Assembly (NCBI GenBank): GCA_025786725.1
Contig: JAHLTZ010000022.1
Coordinates: 124,001 to 188,000 of the forward strand
Length of the DNA: 64,000 bases
Direction: 5' to 3'
Source of the DNA: Syncephalis fuscata S228
Taxonomy: Eukaryota > Fungi > Zoopagomycota
Positions within the stretch are counted from its first letter, which is position 1. The number at the start of each line of letters is the position of its first letter. Under the pieces are notes generated by a model that was not told the origin of the DNA, did not search any database, and was given only the letters and a program-made list of their open reading frames with translations. The translations under genes were made by a program, and so were the position numbers. This document shows positions 23,201-38,772 of the stretch, piece after piece.

Positions 23201-26200
23201 TACTGATGCAAAAACAAGCTTAATGTATCAAACTGGTATTTTATACAGGTTTTTACTGCCATACATAAATTAGATGTAATTTTTAAATTATAAGATGTGT
23301 TGATTGGTACATGCATGCATTTCATTCAAAACTATGCTCATTGTTATGGGGCAATCATTGCTTTGAATTTACAAATGCATCACATTCATGCATATCATGC
23401 TACATGCTGTGCAACTGCCATCATGCAAATGGTGGCTAATCCAAACCACCTGAAACTACCATCATTCAAATGGTGGCTAATCCTAACCGCCTGAAACTGC
23501 CTATACAATAAGTACTGTTTGTAGCATGATGCATCACAGCCTTTTGAGCAATGGAACATTCCAACATGTCATTTTCGTTATCAGTTTTCAGCTGTAAACT
23601 AGATTGCATCGGATAAATTACACGCAATACAATATGAAGACACTAAACTAGATACAACAGAAAACTCTAGCCAAATATCAGCAATTTCGAGTGCATAGTG
23701 GCTGTGGATTGTACATCAGCCGATAATCATCTAAGGCCTAAGTGCTGTTTACATTTCTGAAACCAGTTCTGATAAGTTAAGCAAGATAGAATATAGAAGA
23801 ACAAGCCAAAGCAGAAACCAATAGAAAGCAATTGACAGCTCAAAGGCTTACTGGTTTAATCATAGCAGATCATTATAGCTATGCTAAGCTAAACTGCGTT
23901 TATAAAAAAGTTGGTTGTTGCTGATGCGGCCAAAACAGTAGCAACATTAAACCGAGATAATGCACAGAAAACAGAAAGCATCGTACATAGCATTGAATAA
24001 AACTGCAAAAGTGTCTATATAATAGTGCAGTTACGTTTACAAAATTAACTTGATAAGCTTTGATAGCTGAATCATACTTTATTGCCACTATATTTTATAA
24101 TGCTAATTGCTTGTACAAACAAATATTTGCAAACACGTCTTAAACTTTCTAAGTATGTTTATATTTATGTAATTGTTAATTTAATCAAAATTCCAAGAAT
24201 CATCTATTGCTTGCAAGAATAAGTGACTTACATTATGCTGTAAGTTAAAATCAAAACCTTCCTCAACTGGTTGTAGGACTTGGAGGTAGCGTATATCTCT
24301 ATATACATAGTATACAGATAGCGTGCACTTAAATTGAGTGCACACATAACTACTCACTTTTTAGAAAACAGTAATTTTTATTATGCTATTACTATATTCA
24401 CATTCGGATTAATTTTATTGCAATATATATCTTTTACATATCCATCAAAGACATTTAGTTGATAGAACATTAACTATGGCACCGTTAACATCTTTTTTAA
24501 CATATTATTTGCTAAAAAAATAATAGCAAGACTCTCTTCTATACAACCACGCAAGATACTATGTTAGTAAACAATCACTTGACTGTGTTTATTGCTATAC
24601 ATATAGCATTCCTACTCAACCCATAGCTATTGTTTCCGCATTAATTTTGTGATACGCTATTTAATCATATTGTTTAAAGATAGTTTCTATTTCGTAAAAA
24701 TTACATATTACAACATCACTAACAAAAAATGGTCATTAGCATTTTAGGATACCAGTTTGTTTATGCATACTTCGTGTAACTAAAAGCCTTGATAAACTTG
24801 AAATTCATTCGCGTCACATTATCTGTACAGGCTGTCTTTTCCCGCGGTCATATGCAGCTGTACACCCTTTGATTTTTTTATTTGTTCTAAAATGGCATTA
24901 TTAAATGACGGCATGCATCGGCTATAATAAAGCAAGTGAAAGCAATAGCAGCAGCAGCAGCTTCCATCAGCACGCCATTGCAATCTGACTACCATGTGAT
25001 TCAATTGTATATAATCACGCACGTCATCAAATTCGTGTTAACATCTCCATATTTTATTAATTGTGCAATTTTCCTACTAATTATGCATATCGTCGTTATT
25101 CAGCTCATATGTGGTCTGCAGTTTATCGAAACACATGCTGTACGTAACGGCGGGTATCCATGCCAATGTGCGCGTTCAATGCGTGCTCACATGCGCGCGC
25201 GTGTGATATGTGCGTGCGCGCGTGCGTGGCTGCTTGCGTATGCAGCCAAAAGAAAGAAAGAGAGGAAAGAAAGGGATAAAGGAAGAAAGAGACGCTACAA
25301 TTAATCGAACAGGTGATAGCTATACACGTCGAAATAAATGGTGACAGTGTACATATGAGCGCCCATATGTCAAATTATGTATACGTATATTTGCATATAC
25401 ATGTGCTAGTTTGTCTTCGTTGTATGAATTCGAGCATGACACTACACTGCCAACTATCTTCCAATAACTAGTTGTATAAAATTTACTGCTAATCTAATCA
25501 TTGGTTCATGTGACAAGATTTATTTGACCAATGTACATCGGAATATTATTCGGCTAATCGCCAATATGTCATGTAAGTGTGTCCTTTGCTCGCCTTTAGC
25601 TACTTGCGTCACAGTATTATTTTAGATATACTCGCCTTTTTCCTCCATTGTTGCATTTGCTGCTACTGCTGCCGTTACTACTTTTGTTCGTCATTATTAA
25701 ATGTCATTATACATAATTTATTACTAAAGATAATATTCTACGTAAGCACATGCAAACAGTATTTACGTGTATACAACTCCCGAATCAGTTACATGTTGCG
25801 TTGCATTGCATGTGAACAAACTAGCAATATTCGCATAATTACTATGCTAATGTTTCAACATTTACGTTGTGTTTATGATGTGGCGGCTCTATTGCTACTG
25901 ATAATGTACTTCTTGTTGTCCCATGCGTTCTGACCAGCACACACACGCACACACACACACACATACGTCCACTACTTGCCTACAAGCACATACGCACGCA
26001 CACACACACACACACACTTACAAGCACACACCATACATACGCACGCTTGTCCCTTTCTTCTTTTCTCACCATTGCCACCTTGTCTGTGTATCCACTCTTT
26101 CATGTTTTACTGGACCACTGACACAGGATTGCGCATGGCTGCATACGTACAACCGCCAATGCATGCGGCCGACCTACTTTGCCCGCACTTTCCAATTTGC

Positions 26201-27467
26201 ATCATTTTTACTTTCAAAGGTCGACAAAAATGGCGTGTCCACATTTTCTCAAGCGTTGATTCTTGAATGTCTTCAGCGCAAACTGACCTCATTGTACTGA
26301 TTGTTGTTAGTAGCGGTCACGCTTTGTGGCCATAATACATTTCGGTTGCGTTCATCGTTGCTGTCAGCCACTCTTCTGACGTTGTACAACACTCTATCAT
26401 CGGTGTATATCGATACACGGCGATTTTATTCATTACCATGCTTTGTTATTTTGTGCTTATATTGATCATTTGGAGTGGTATACCGGTCGTTTTTAGTTCA
26501 TTTCTTCCATTCATCTCTCGTTTTCTTCCTCTCCTGCTTCAATATCCTCTTTTGTTTCGTTCGACTTGTGTCGTTTATACACACACCATCTTTGCCTAAC
26601 CGCCAACTACAGCTTCTCGTATCTAATCATTTTGTCATTATATATAAAGTCAACACTTTCCTATTTGTTCAATAAGTTTCAGCTTTATTACAGAGCGCTC
26701 GTACACACAAGCTTGGCGTACGTGCGTTTTCTTTTTAGAGAAACTTCTTGCCAAAACAGGCCAACTTGTTTTTGCCATTGCTCACCCGCTAGCCGGTGAT
26801 ATCGCCGCTGCTTGAGCCACACGAATTGGCTAACCAAACCAAATATTTGCCAGTGTAACCGTTTTACACACACACAACACTCCACGCGCACGTCATATCC
26901 ATTTCTGCGATTTGGCAATTATTTACAGACGATTTCTCGTGCGCTAGTTATCACGTGTAGTACAGCACGCGTATTCTCTGTGTAACTACTTTGGTGGCAT
27001 TCTTGGGCGCATATGCACTTTTTTGCATGGTTTTGATATTGCACCAAGTAGAAAGATACCATCTGCCGTTGTTGACTCCGTGTGATTGGCTTGTAAGCAT
27101 CTAGCTGTCCGTGAACCACCTTTTCATCAACCGTTTATTTGCAAGAAATTTACTTTTAAATTCCACTCGATATCGACCATTTAAGAAAATTTATTAGTTT
27201 CAAGTTGTTCTTTATTTGGATAAGCTATTATTGTTTTCTTTAAAATTAGGTAAGCATTGTTTTAATACCGTTCAATAGACAATCTATCATATTGTTTAAT
27301 TAAACCGTCATTTAATTAGCAAAAGCTTTAACTAACTGAATTACACCATTATTTATATAATAGATTTTATATCTTTATTGCAACTTGAGTTGATAAAGTT
27401 ATTTCAAGCCTCTTACGTTTGAAACAATTGAGCTTTTCTTTTTTCTTCTTTTTTGATCGGCAAAGGA

Positions 27468-29619
27468 ATGTCCAGTTTTGTTAATCATCAGTCACAAATG
27501 CGCAAAGTAACAGCACCAACCTATATCGGTTATGTTGATACCGTTCTTGATGCATTGCTGCTTTTTGAAGCATGTAATCTTGGGATACTTGAACGGGCCA
27601 AGCAACGACCATCGCCGTCAGATCGGGCCCGTTTTATTTGTTCTGGGTCGGTGTTTGTTTGGGATGAAGGCCAAACGGGCATCCGGCGATGGACCGACGG
27701 GCGAAGATGGTCATCGTCTCGACCAAGAGGCAATTTTATTATCTATCGCGAATTGAGTAATGGGCCATGTCGAGATACGACAAAAGATGTCTCTGGAGGC
27801 AATTCTGCAAGTAGCGGTGAAGAGGAATACATGGCCATGGATGAAACAATGGTGAAAAAGGAACTGCTTGCCGGCTATGCCACTGTTAAACATGCTAGCA
27901 ATATTACAAGCAGTATTCGTAATCCAATGTTGATTAAACCACCATTGGGCGGCAGTCATCCACCCACGGTTGATGCGCCGCTTGGATCGGCACTTACTTC
28001 ATCTGGCTGCTTATTGCCGATAAAGCCTGGCGGTTTAACTAAGCGTGCGCTTTCACTTACCACTCGTGATGGCCGACGTCTTCATTTAATTTCCTACTAT
28101 CTCCCTGAAGATGTAGTAGCTGGTAAATTAAGAACGCCAAGTCTAGATCCCGCCCTCTCCAATGTCCGTATTCGTGCTGACATTTATTCACAGTCTGTGC
28201 GTGAGTTGGAGCACTTTTCTGAAAGCAGTATACCGCATAATCCTCTCAGTCCTACTATTCCTACACCTCCCACCACTACACCGCCTACTACATCTAATAC
28301 TACTACTACTATTAATACTAGAATTACCTTTCATGATAACCATAGACAATTGCCGGGTAAGTAAATAATACAAAAATAATAATTAATCCATTTAATAATC
28401 ACTAATTCAACAATTTATTATGAATTATATAGCAACCAGTGTGTCTTGTGGATCCTTTGATCGTAACACAGACGTACTTGAAAATAGTCAATTGAATAGC
28501 CATCCTGATTTGTTTATATATACTGATAGGAAGACAAGCTCGCTTCCCTCTAACTCGCCGAGACAATTATCGACAGTTACTAGCTTGCCACCTGTATCTA
28601 CTTTGCTACAGCACTCAGTCATGCCAGCTTCTGTTTATCATAACGTACCGAACAGCGATAGATTACAGCCAACGCCGCCACCCAATGCTCATAAAGTATC
28701 TCCTTTGCCATCACCTTATGACCGAACATCTATTCCGCCGATGATAGCGAGGAACCTTCATAGAACAGAAGGATCGGAAACGGCCTCGGTAGCATCAACG
28801 AGTGCATCACGTTCATATTCACCTTATGAACAGCATTATGGATCGATGGCATCCAATAGCACTTATTTGCCAACAACGCCACCTCATCCTATGACAGCAG
28901 AATCGGCTAGGCCATCATTTGTTGACGGCGATACATTGACACATCGTACTGATAATTCCAACTATAACAACACACTGTCTGATTATCAGCATCAACATTT
29001 ATATCACCATCATCAACAACAGCAACAGCAACATAATCGACCATATCAATCCGACTCGACTGCTTTGCCATCTCGTTACCATTTTAATGAGATGCCTAGC
29101 TCATCTGGCTATACACCCGGCACACGTAGACGTGCCTATTCAACCCATTATCCAGGACCTGCGCCTAGAATAGGCAGTGGACATCAGCAGCACGTTGCAG
29201 TTGAACTAGGTATGCCTGAATGTGCCTCGACCATAGCAAGTCAGAGATTACATCTATCGGTCAATATTTCAACTGACCATCCATCCTCTTCACTTACCGT
29301 AACAACAGAGAATGCCGCCTACAGATCATATGCTTCGCCGTCGCTGTCGTCGTCGTCGTCGTCCAACTATCCGTCAAGACCTTCTCCGAAACATTCTATG
29401 CAGCTGGATAGTCCGCGCTATTTTCCGTCGTCATCCACGCTATCGCCGACGGATCCGCGCTACTATGCATCTGCCACACCCACTACCACCGCCACTGGAA
29501 CTGGTACAACAACGATGCCTATAAGTGAGCCAATGACATTTACTAAATCGTCATCGCCACCAAAAAATCGTTATCATCCTTATGGAAAACCCGACGTATT
29601 CCAGCCTGCATCGCGATAA
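27468..29619 (+). CDS. Gti1/Pac2 (WOPR) family transcription factor
   Basis: WOPRa: PTYIGYVDTVLDALLLFEAC...SGSVFVWDEGQTGIRRWTDGRRWSSSR..GNFIIYREL. WOPRb: KPGGLTKRALSL...HLISYY. Intron 28357-28432 joins the low-complexity C-terminus in frame. Confidence 0.92.
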
Positions 29620-30390
29620 ATCATCATCCTAAACAACATTGTAATGATCGCATAGCATTTTATTACAAGTTTTGCACTTTTTTAGTATTCGCTCCATCTA
29701 TACTACTTGGCCTATATCACATCTTGCTTCAATTGTGATGCCATTTTTTACTTTGCATTCTTCTCCTATGTTTGCTCGTTTCTTTCGTTGACTATTTAAA
29801 ATTAGTCATTTATTTTGCTTTTATTTCTTTGCATTTTTATTGATCCGTTGATTATTAACTAGTCCATTTGGCTATCCAGTGGCTTATCATCATAAATTGA
29901 ATCGCACCTCACATTTCTGTGTACCGCTTTCGACCCCATTGTGTCGTTGCGTTTCATTCAATGGATATATACATTTAATTTCTCAATACGACTATAATGA
30001 CCATTATTAATTAGTAGCAATTTTAAATGTTTACATTTTATAAAAGACTATCCCAATTGTATTATCTAAACAAATATATATATATTTATTAACTCCCATC
30101 GATTTAAATCGCTACAAACAAAAGGGAAATGAAAGAATACAACTAATGCGTAATTCTTTCATTTAGTATAATATTTGTAGAATCGATAAACGCCATCGCA
30201 TAGTAAAGAAAATATGAAAGAATTACCACAATGAAAGATACATTAGCTTAAAAAGCCATATAAATTCCATCGCTGTTGTTGTTGCTATCGTTGTGATAAA
30301 AGAAACAAAAGATAGTAAACGTGCAGGCGTGGATATTTGTATAGTTGATTGGTTAAAATATGCTATATTAAAACCAAGTAATCGCGCGTA

Positions 30391-32088
30391 CTAGTGCATA
30401 CCGACCACAACATCGGGCCAGGTTTGACGAATACGTTCAAATAGTTCAGGCTTAGTACGTGCTAGTGCCATTGGATCTTCGGCTAATGCAACAAATGTAG
30501 ATACAACACCGCTATCAATTACACCGCATACCAAGGACATCATCGCAATGCCAATAAGGAAACAAGCAATGACAGCTATAATGACATAGGTCGAGTTTCT
30601 AGCTATAAAGTCGTCCTTCTTGGCTAGCAGATAAAGATAACCAATGGTGCCGGTAATTACACCAATAAGTAGCGAACCAATACCCAATACGTTACCGATC
30701 AAATTGTCGTTGATAATGGCTTCAACACCACGATTCTTGATCATTGACCAGGTATCTTTGGCAGCTTGGCAGAATGGCTTGCCGTAGATGGCCACTTGAG
30801 CAAATGCATACCGGTTAAAGTACTCGATCAATGCTTCAATATAGGCAAGAAGGCATGCAAAAAAACATGCAACAAATGCCATAATGCCGTCATCAGATTC
30901 GGCCAGACCACGTACAACAGCTCGTATCGTTTGAACAATCGCAATAATCAATGAACCAAAGCAGATACTGCCAAAGGCTGAAGTAACAGCACGTTTCAAG
31001 CTGCCTAGCGTAATGGAACCAGTTGGCATTTGTGCAGTACCTTCAAGGAAATAGAAGGTACCGAAAACGCCACAAACTGTAACATGGATGATATTAGACA
31101 ATACTTGACTTGTCCAGTAGAGAGATAATAAACAAAAGACAAATACAACGTAGGCAACCGCGGGTAGACTACCGCCAGTACATCTTTGTTCTTGACGATT
31201 ACCAACTCTAACCGTGGTACAGTTCTGGCTTTGTTTGTCAAATAAGGCAAACGAGCCGGTGGCCGTAATGATCCATAAGAAAATCCAACCCATTTGGAGT
31301 ATTAATCCACCAATAGAAACGCCGATAGTACCGCCGTATTTGCGTGTAACACTGCATACAGTTTCTAGCATAAGAGCTGCAAATGGAATACGTGATCTCC
31401 ATAACCAAAACATAAGCATGTTAAGTAGACCTAGAATGATCATAACGATGGCGCCGATAGTTGATTTCATTATAAACAAGAGAGCTGCTTGAACGAAATA
31501 CAAAAGAATAGATAAAGCAAATGTAATCTTGATCATAGGTCCAGCAAATCTATCAGTAATTGATTAGCTATAATAAACAATAATCCATTATTATTATTCG
31601 ACTTACCGTTGCATGGCTAGCAAATAGACCATACTGAGAATAAAAGCGATAACTGCAGCCACAGCCAACATAATAAAGAACTCAACCATATCATTACTGC
31701 TGTTGCCATTTTGAGTCTTTGGAACAATGCCAGTAGTAGATTTAAATCCTTTAGGCACGGCAAATGCAGCCAGTACAATAAAGCCGGCCAAATGGATAAT
31801 AAACACTATAGCTGCCCACAGATCATTGAATCGTGTTTTGTTAGAGAACTTTTCTCCATCATTGTAGGCAGTCGACGATTGAGGTGGAGGAGCATACGAT
31901 TGCTGTTGCTGCTGATCGTATGATTGATATTGTGGTGGTGGTGGACCTGTTTGATAAGCCTGTTGCTGTTGATACTGTTGTGGTGGCTGTTGGCCATAGT
32001 AATTCATTTGCTCGGGTGGAGGCGGAGCGGAATAATAGTTATGCTGCGGTGGTGGAGGTGGAGGAGGTTGTTGCCCGTAGTAAGCCAT
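30391..32088 (-). CDS. PNS1: Pns1 / choline-transporter-like (CTL/SLC44) membrane protein
   Basis: Pro/Gln/Tyr-rich N-terminus, KTRFNDLWA, multiple TM helices, FGSICFGSLI, YFNRYAFAQVAIYGKPFCQAAKDTW and EAIINDNLI. One intron near 31551-31606. Confidence 0.92.
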
Positions 32089-35080
32089 GTTGGTAACTTA
32101 AAGAGGGTGTTCACCTATTATAGAATAAGGCTATTAGTCAATTGCTTAATAAATGGCACCTAGTCTACTGATTTGCAACGATAGCAACCAAAAAATATTG
32201 GTGGCAGTGCCAGTGCAACAGCTACTACAACACGTGTACTTACCAGTTCGTGCTATAAGATATATTGTGTTGTTCAAGTTGTGTATAAACTGGCTACAAA
32301 CAGTTATACGTTGATGAGCGGTTGACACCAAATTGTATGGCAAAGGGTCGACGTCAATAAAGCGTAAAAGACAAGTCAAACCAGGTGTAATGAGAGAAGA
32401 GAAAGAGAATAAAGGAATGCACTATGCGTTGCAGTAGATAGCAAAGTGAAGAGATAAAGCCTTGTAAAATGCTTTGGAAACCCAATAAAGATGTAGTACC
32501 AGAGTGGAGTTGTAAAACTCTCGGAGTGGACAGCTATAGTTTGAGAAATGCAATAAGAGAAAAGGAGAATAAACACACAGTAATAAGGCGAGGAAAGGGG
32601 AGAGCTTAACGGAGCTGTACACAGAGAGGCACGTACACAGAGAATGTACACACGCCGTAGACAGGGCAACCAACCAACACTTACACGCTTCGACTCAGAC
32701 AAAGTAAGAAAGAAGTCGAAACGAGGCGAAACTAGAAGGGTAAACGTCGTTGATAACGCACACTGCCACGCACAAAGAGGTGTGATGAAGAGAACGAGTA
32801 AAGTGTTGTTGTTATTAGCAGCAACAACAACAAGTGCAAGCGAAGAAAGAGAAAGAGAACAAAACGTGCTCACTGTCAAGACTGGCAGTAAAATGCACGT
32901 TGATCCATTATATGTACTATGGCGGTACTGTCTATGGGTATTTGCCCCATCCATGACAGAGCACTGCTGGGTCAAAGGCCGTTCTATTTATGGCGGAGAT
33001 TATATTCACATTGGGATCTATCCTATTTAGATCATGAGTACATGGGCGCCAAGAATTTTAGTCTTTAACTCTAGACCGTCCTCATGGTGAGTCTATGTCA
33101 CTCAAAAGCGTGTGTATGTGTGATCTAATAGCTTGTAACAAATATTTATAGAAATGGAGAATTAGCACAATGCTACAGGTGTATGTTTAATAGCTAATTG
33201 TCATGTCTGAGTGCTGTGTTCACTGGCTTGATAGATGCACAAAGGAAGAAGCAAGTATGCAGCAAAGAAAAGAGCAAAGGATGATTCTTATTCAAGGTGT
33301 TTATTGAAATACGTTGCTTTAATTTGGCTATTAAATATTATATGTTGCTGCTATTAGTAATGAAAATAAAGTATTAGTGCTTACTTGGCTAATAGCTTTT
33401 GATATCGGAAAACTAAATGGACATCTATAACATACACATCTGTAGTTTAATGCTCATAGTATAGGACATCTCTTGACACCTGGTTGTTTCCTTGATAGTC
33501 TATCGATATCAAGTTAAGTGGTCGACTATGTGTTGCAGCTGGTTACAAAATATGTGCTGGTGAGTGGCATGATTTATTGACAGCTCCAATGGCAGCAATG
33601 GTGATGGCAGTAATGATGACGTACACGACTATCTGTGAGCTTTTATTGATGGCATTGTATTAGTTGAAGTCAATCTTTATTATGAAAATGACAATGGACA
33701 ATAATAATACAATAATGTTTATTGTGAATGATGATTTAAACACAAATCAATTAATCAAATTATTACAATAGATTGCGCAAAAAGATTTACTGATCTGGAA
33801 AATGCAAAGTAAATGTCAACCACTCTAATAGATACTCATGTTTAGCTATCCACGTGAATCCGCCAAGCATGCAGTTCTTTTCGTGTGATCCGTATCATTA
33901 AAATGCTGCACACATATACACAGATTCATACACAAACTATAACTGACTTAAATGGTGATTAGCCGTTTAAATGTTTTTATAGTGCTGGTGAAACAACAGT
34001 ATATTTATACGACACTTGTATGGATTTTATTGTATTAAGTAATGCTAGTATGCATTGGTAATCTTTTTTACTATCAAGACTGTAGTACCAAGTTTCATAA
34101 TACAGTAATATTGTCAAGTTTTACTGCGCCCATCTAATACACTGACTTCTACACGCCCAGTCTACAAGTAGAGAACCCATGATTTGTTTGAACAGATCAC
34201 AGTTAAAATATTAGTCTATGACGCCTTATTGCTTTGTGTTATTTATTATAATATTGATAAAACAGAAACAAAACAATTACATTAGATGATATTGATTAAT
34301 TTAGTCAATTTTATATCGGAACTTGCGGTCAAGTAATAAAGACAATATAAATACAATTAGTGTCGCAATTCAGTCACTTCTTTGTATTAATCGTTTAGTC
34401 GCCAACTTTGGAGATAAAACACACAACCAACAGCGACTAGCGGAACCCGAGTAATAAACTAGGTAGTTGTATTTTCTAAAAATAACATTTGAACTACCGA
34501 TGGCCAAAATTAGTTTTTTAGATTTATTGCAATCATTTAAACTTGTACGACTTGTAAGCAAGTAATGTAGCTAAAATCTGTTACATATCGGATAGCTTAC
34601 CAAACTTTTACTATTTGGAATAGACAATGCACGATAAAAATGAACTCATCAAGACGATGCTATGCGTATGAGGAGCCGGCGTGAAACGAAGTGTCAGAAG
34701 GCCAGACAACAATTATTTTACTTGTTGCCTTGTATGGTTGGTTATTAAGCCTCAGTCACTTCTTTTTGTCTTTCTAAGAATTGCTCGTTTATAATTCCAT
34801 TCTCACGCCCGCAAGCCTATACATTACTGCTACACTTATAGCAAAGTAGAATCCTGCTAACTCTATTCGTTTACCTTTCTACTCGCTACTTTAACGGGCG
34901 CTTGCTTGCAGTGCAACAAACGCTACTACATTCCCTTGCCAGACCAAATCTCTACGGCACCGCTTTTTCTACACCTTCACCTACCTTTATACTTGACGGC
35001 TGGTCCCGTCTTTAACCACACTTGATAATCATTCTGCAGATACAAGTGCACGTTCACGTCACTGCAGGTACAAGCTAGTC

Positions 35081-37873
35081 ATGTTGAACACGCCCACTGT
35101 AGCCTGTTATCCAGCCGACTATACTCTCTATCCCGACGGCAAAGTACCATGGGAGGAAGAGGGCCGGTTAACAGCAGCGACGAAGGCCACCAGTCTAGCG
35201 CATGTTAGTAGTCCATTCAGTGATGTTAGCTCATCGATATCAGTTCATTATGGCGCGGCTGGTCCTTCGCCGCCATTGCCGGCAGCAGAACCGTCGTTAC
35301 CAGCAACGTCCCCAGTGTTTGTAAGGCTTAAACATCCAACGCCACAACTTATGGCGAAGACACTAAAGAACAACGCTGTCTCATTACCACCGCTCAGATT
35401 AAGGAATCGTACATCATTAAAAAAAACGACCCAAAAGCTATTCGTTGAAATCCAAAATCACAGTAAGTATTCATTAATTGGTTTGTTTATTTAACTAATT
35501 AAATTATTTAGAACGATCACAATCTGTACCACAAAACATTTTAATTGATGCCAATTTAGCTACCGAGCAAAAATTGCCATTATTAGAACGTCGTCGTAAA
35601 TTGCAGATAAAGGATACAATGGCAAAGTTTGATCCATCTAACGACAAATTGCCGCTAAATCGTTGCATTTTGCAAAACTCGCTGCCCAGAACAAGATCGC
35701 TAACGGTCACTACATCTGACTTGCCATCTATAGCATCTCCTTCAATATCATCCCTATTGGTTTCAGGACATGTACGTCCATTAGTGACACAGATCAAACA
35801 TATATTGGCTGCAGAAGAAGCCTATCTTAAACGACTTGAATTGTTACGTGATTCATATTGGAAGCCGCTTTGTTTAAGATATCCTATGCAGTCGAATACA
35901 AATGGGGCAACAACTAGCGCAGTTTGTTCGGTAGCTTGGTCGTCCACCTCCGATGAGGATGGCGAAGATGATGATGACGATGATGCTAGCAGTGATTTTA
36001 ATGCTGATGATGATAAATCTACAGAATTATCATCCGCGGCAATTATTGCAAAGAATACAGCTTTATTAAAGTTAGAATCGGCTCTACCAAGCATAGATAC
36101 ATTTACTGATATCCAGATTGATGATACGCCATCTATTGAAATTAATATTCAATCTACGGGAATGGCCAATACTACATCAACGGCTAATGCTCAATCATCG
36201 CCGATGGCATTTAATTCATCTTTTACAAAACCACGTACTTCTTCATTAGCTAGTACCGGTGATTCAAGCTGTATATCTTCTTTCGCAACCTCAACAGATA
36301 ATAACAAGCCAAGTGAAAAACCTGTTCGAGGCCATGGACGACGTGAATCTGTATGGATGCGTATTGCACGACTTCCTTCATGGAATCGACGTGATTCTGA
36401 ACCAATGCCAGCAATACCACTGACTACAGAACCAGCTGAAATAACTAGCACTCCAAGCAATACTTCATCTCTACTATCAACGCTATCGACAGCACTTTCA
36501 TCCCGTAGTACAAGATCTAAATCCTCTATCAGATCATCTGTTTCTTCTTTCATGTCTATCGCTTCTACCACCTCTTCTCGTGCACCTTCTATTGCCTCAA
36601 TTCATCTTCAACCAGCATTACCACAGGCTACAGCCGGTCGTCATTCTCGACGCACACCACGAGCTCCTGTTCGTTTGTGTGATGCCATTCGACCTTACAC
36701 GTCGATTGCACAGCTTCTTGACGTATTATTTGGTCAATTAACTGCATTTATTAAACTACAAACTGCACTAGTGGAAGCGTTGCATCAATTGGATCTGGAA
36801 ACGGTAACTCATCAAGATGTAGCCAGCTTGTTTCTGGAACACGGCGAAGAATTTGAAGTCTATGCTGACTATGCAGCTAACCATGCTGTTGCATTGGCCG
36901 CGTTGGAGAATTTGCGTCTAACTAATCCACGTTTCCGTCGTCATTTGCGCCATCTTCGACCAGATCCATTAGATGATGGATACGATGTTGACAAAGCAAC
37001 AATGGCTTCAGAAAGACAAAAGGTTGACTTTTGCTCCGATGAGCAAGCCAAGGAATCGATGGAGCTGACGAATATGCTTGGATTACCTCTCAAACGTATA
37101 TGGCACTATGTTTCAACATTTGAGTCATTAAAACGTCATGCAATTCAAGCAGTTCCATTAGGAGATCGTCAGCCCGCTTTGATTGCTATCCAGGAATTTT
37201 TGGACACTCTTGATTCGCTTGATTTACGTATGAATACGTATAAACGTCAAATTGAACGAGTTTGCCAAATTGCCCAACTACAACGCAAAATAAGACATCT
37301 TCCCACTCTGCTTTTAACTAATAAGCAGTTTATTTTACATGAAGGCAGCATTACATGGGCCAAAACGTGCACAAATAAGGATAGCAGCGATCAACAAAGT
37401 AACGATACTGAAAACGACACAGCACCCGTATACTGTTGGCTGTTACGTGATCGTATTCTTATTGGGCATCAACGCGCATCTGGTGCTTATACACATAAGG
37501 TAGATTTATACAAATACATTAATTAATAGCCATCTTACAATTAATCCAACTTTACTAGATGACCATTCGACTTTCCGAGTGTACCGTTTATGCTCCACCT
37601 ATCAATAGCAAATGGCAGGATGGTGGCGGTAGTGCCGCTAAGGGTGGATCTCTTTATGTTTCTACCGCTGATGAAAGTATTCGTCTCTACTTTGAAGAAC
37701 GTCGTATGTTTGAAAGATGGTGTGGACAGATTCGATTGGCATTAACCACGCTACCACGAGATGCACAAACTGCCACCGAGGTAGGAAGAATCATTAATGC
37801 AAACACGACTGAGCGATGGAATCCATCCCATGCTGGTTGTTACGTTCATGTTGATGTTTTTCCCGCTTTTTAA
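35081..37873 (+). CDS. Divergent DH-PH (RhoGEF-like) protein 2
   Basis: DH-like segments IKHILAAEEAYLKRLELLRDSYWKPL, LFGQLTAFIKLQTALVEAL, FEVYADYAANH and LGLPLKRIWHYV, with a long Ser-rich insert. PH-like YCWLLRDRILIG...FERWCGQI. Introns near 35463 and 37500. Confidence 0.75.
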
Positions 37874-38772
37874 TGACAGACTTGACATTTAGTGCTTTAT
37901 TAACACTTTCAAATAATGTAGTTGTTTCTATATCAATACTCTTACCTTACTAATGAATAAGCAAAATTTAACCACCTACCATTTTATTAAGCATATTAAA
38001 TACAAACGTTTTACTACTCTATATCATTTTGTCTGTATGCACAATATGTAGTAAATTATCTTGTTTATAAATGTTTTAAGCTGGTTAAGCAACATTAATT
38101 ACTGTTGTTTTATTTGAAAATAATCATTGCCGATGATATTACTTTATGTGAACTGTATAACTAATTTAACATTGTTTTTGGATTGAGTTTTTTATTGATA
38201 TCAAATACTTGCCTATAAGCTAAAATCTAAAGTCTATTGTTTATTTATTAGAAATAAAATGGTGTAATTTAAAATAAATAGCCAAAGAAAGTTCATGAAT
38301 GTTGGTAAATAAAGTATAGTATACTTATCTATATACTTGATGTTTAAGTGGATCAAATTAAAGTTTACAAAAATTTAACTAACGATAAACAAATAAATTT
38401 TACTAATAAAGTATAATCAATAAAATATAGAGTGGACATATGCGTGCTAGATAATGAATCTACAATGATGAGTATTTGGTCACTGATGTCATTTACCATC
38501 CATCAACATGTTTAATAGATTAAATGTTATTAAATGTTAGTCATTTGATCACCAAATTACATTAAACTATTAATAGAAATACTTTATCGTGCTATACTAT
38601 TTAAATAACCTCTATACAAGATCTTTTAGAAAAACAATCATTTAAACTTTATCTGGTAGATATCAGATAGATACACAAAATGAAGAACATTTGAAAATAA
38701 TATATATTATATTTAAAACTTAAGTAGCAAAGATATGTAATAAACAGCCTAGATAATATAGTATAAACTAAT

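Larger units (their letters stand above)
19160..24350 (-). repeat. Duplicated cassette, copy 2 (inverted)
   Basis: The reverse complement matches the copy 1 upstream region, gene and 3' flank. It lacks SINE-A. Boundaries are approximate. Confidence 0.85.

Noticed and set aside
23297-23494. 65-aa ORF in the conserved upstream cassette region
   Set aside because: It has a non-ATG start and no recognisable domain, and the surrounding frames are full of stops in all copies. It cannot be supported as a gene.
24819-27119. Cluster of short ORFs upstream of the WOPR gene
   Set aside because: These are low-complexity (CA)n/(GC)n and pyrimidine-rich sequences with no domain signal. They are better explained as a long promoter/5' UTR, with a probable UTR intron at ~27250-27363.
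32146-33030. ORFs 32376-32975 and 32644-33030
   Set aside because: They derive from purine/pyrimidine-biased PNS1 5' UTR/promoter sequence and have no recognisable protein features.
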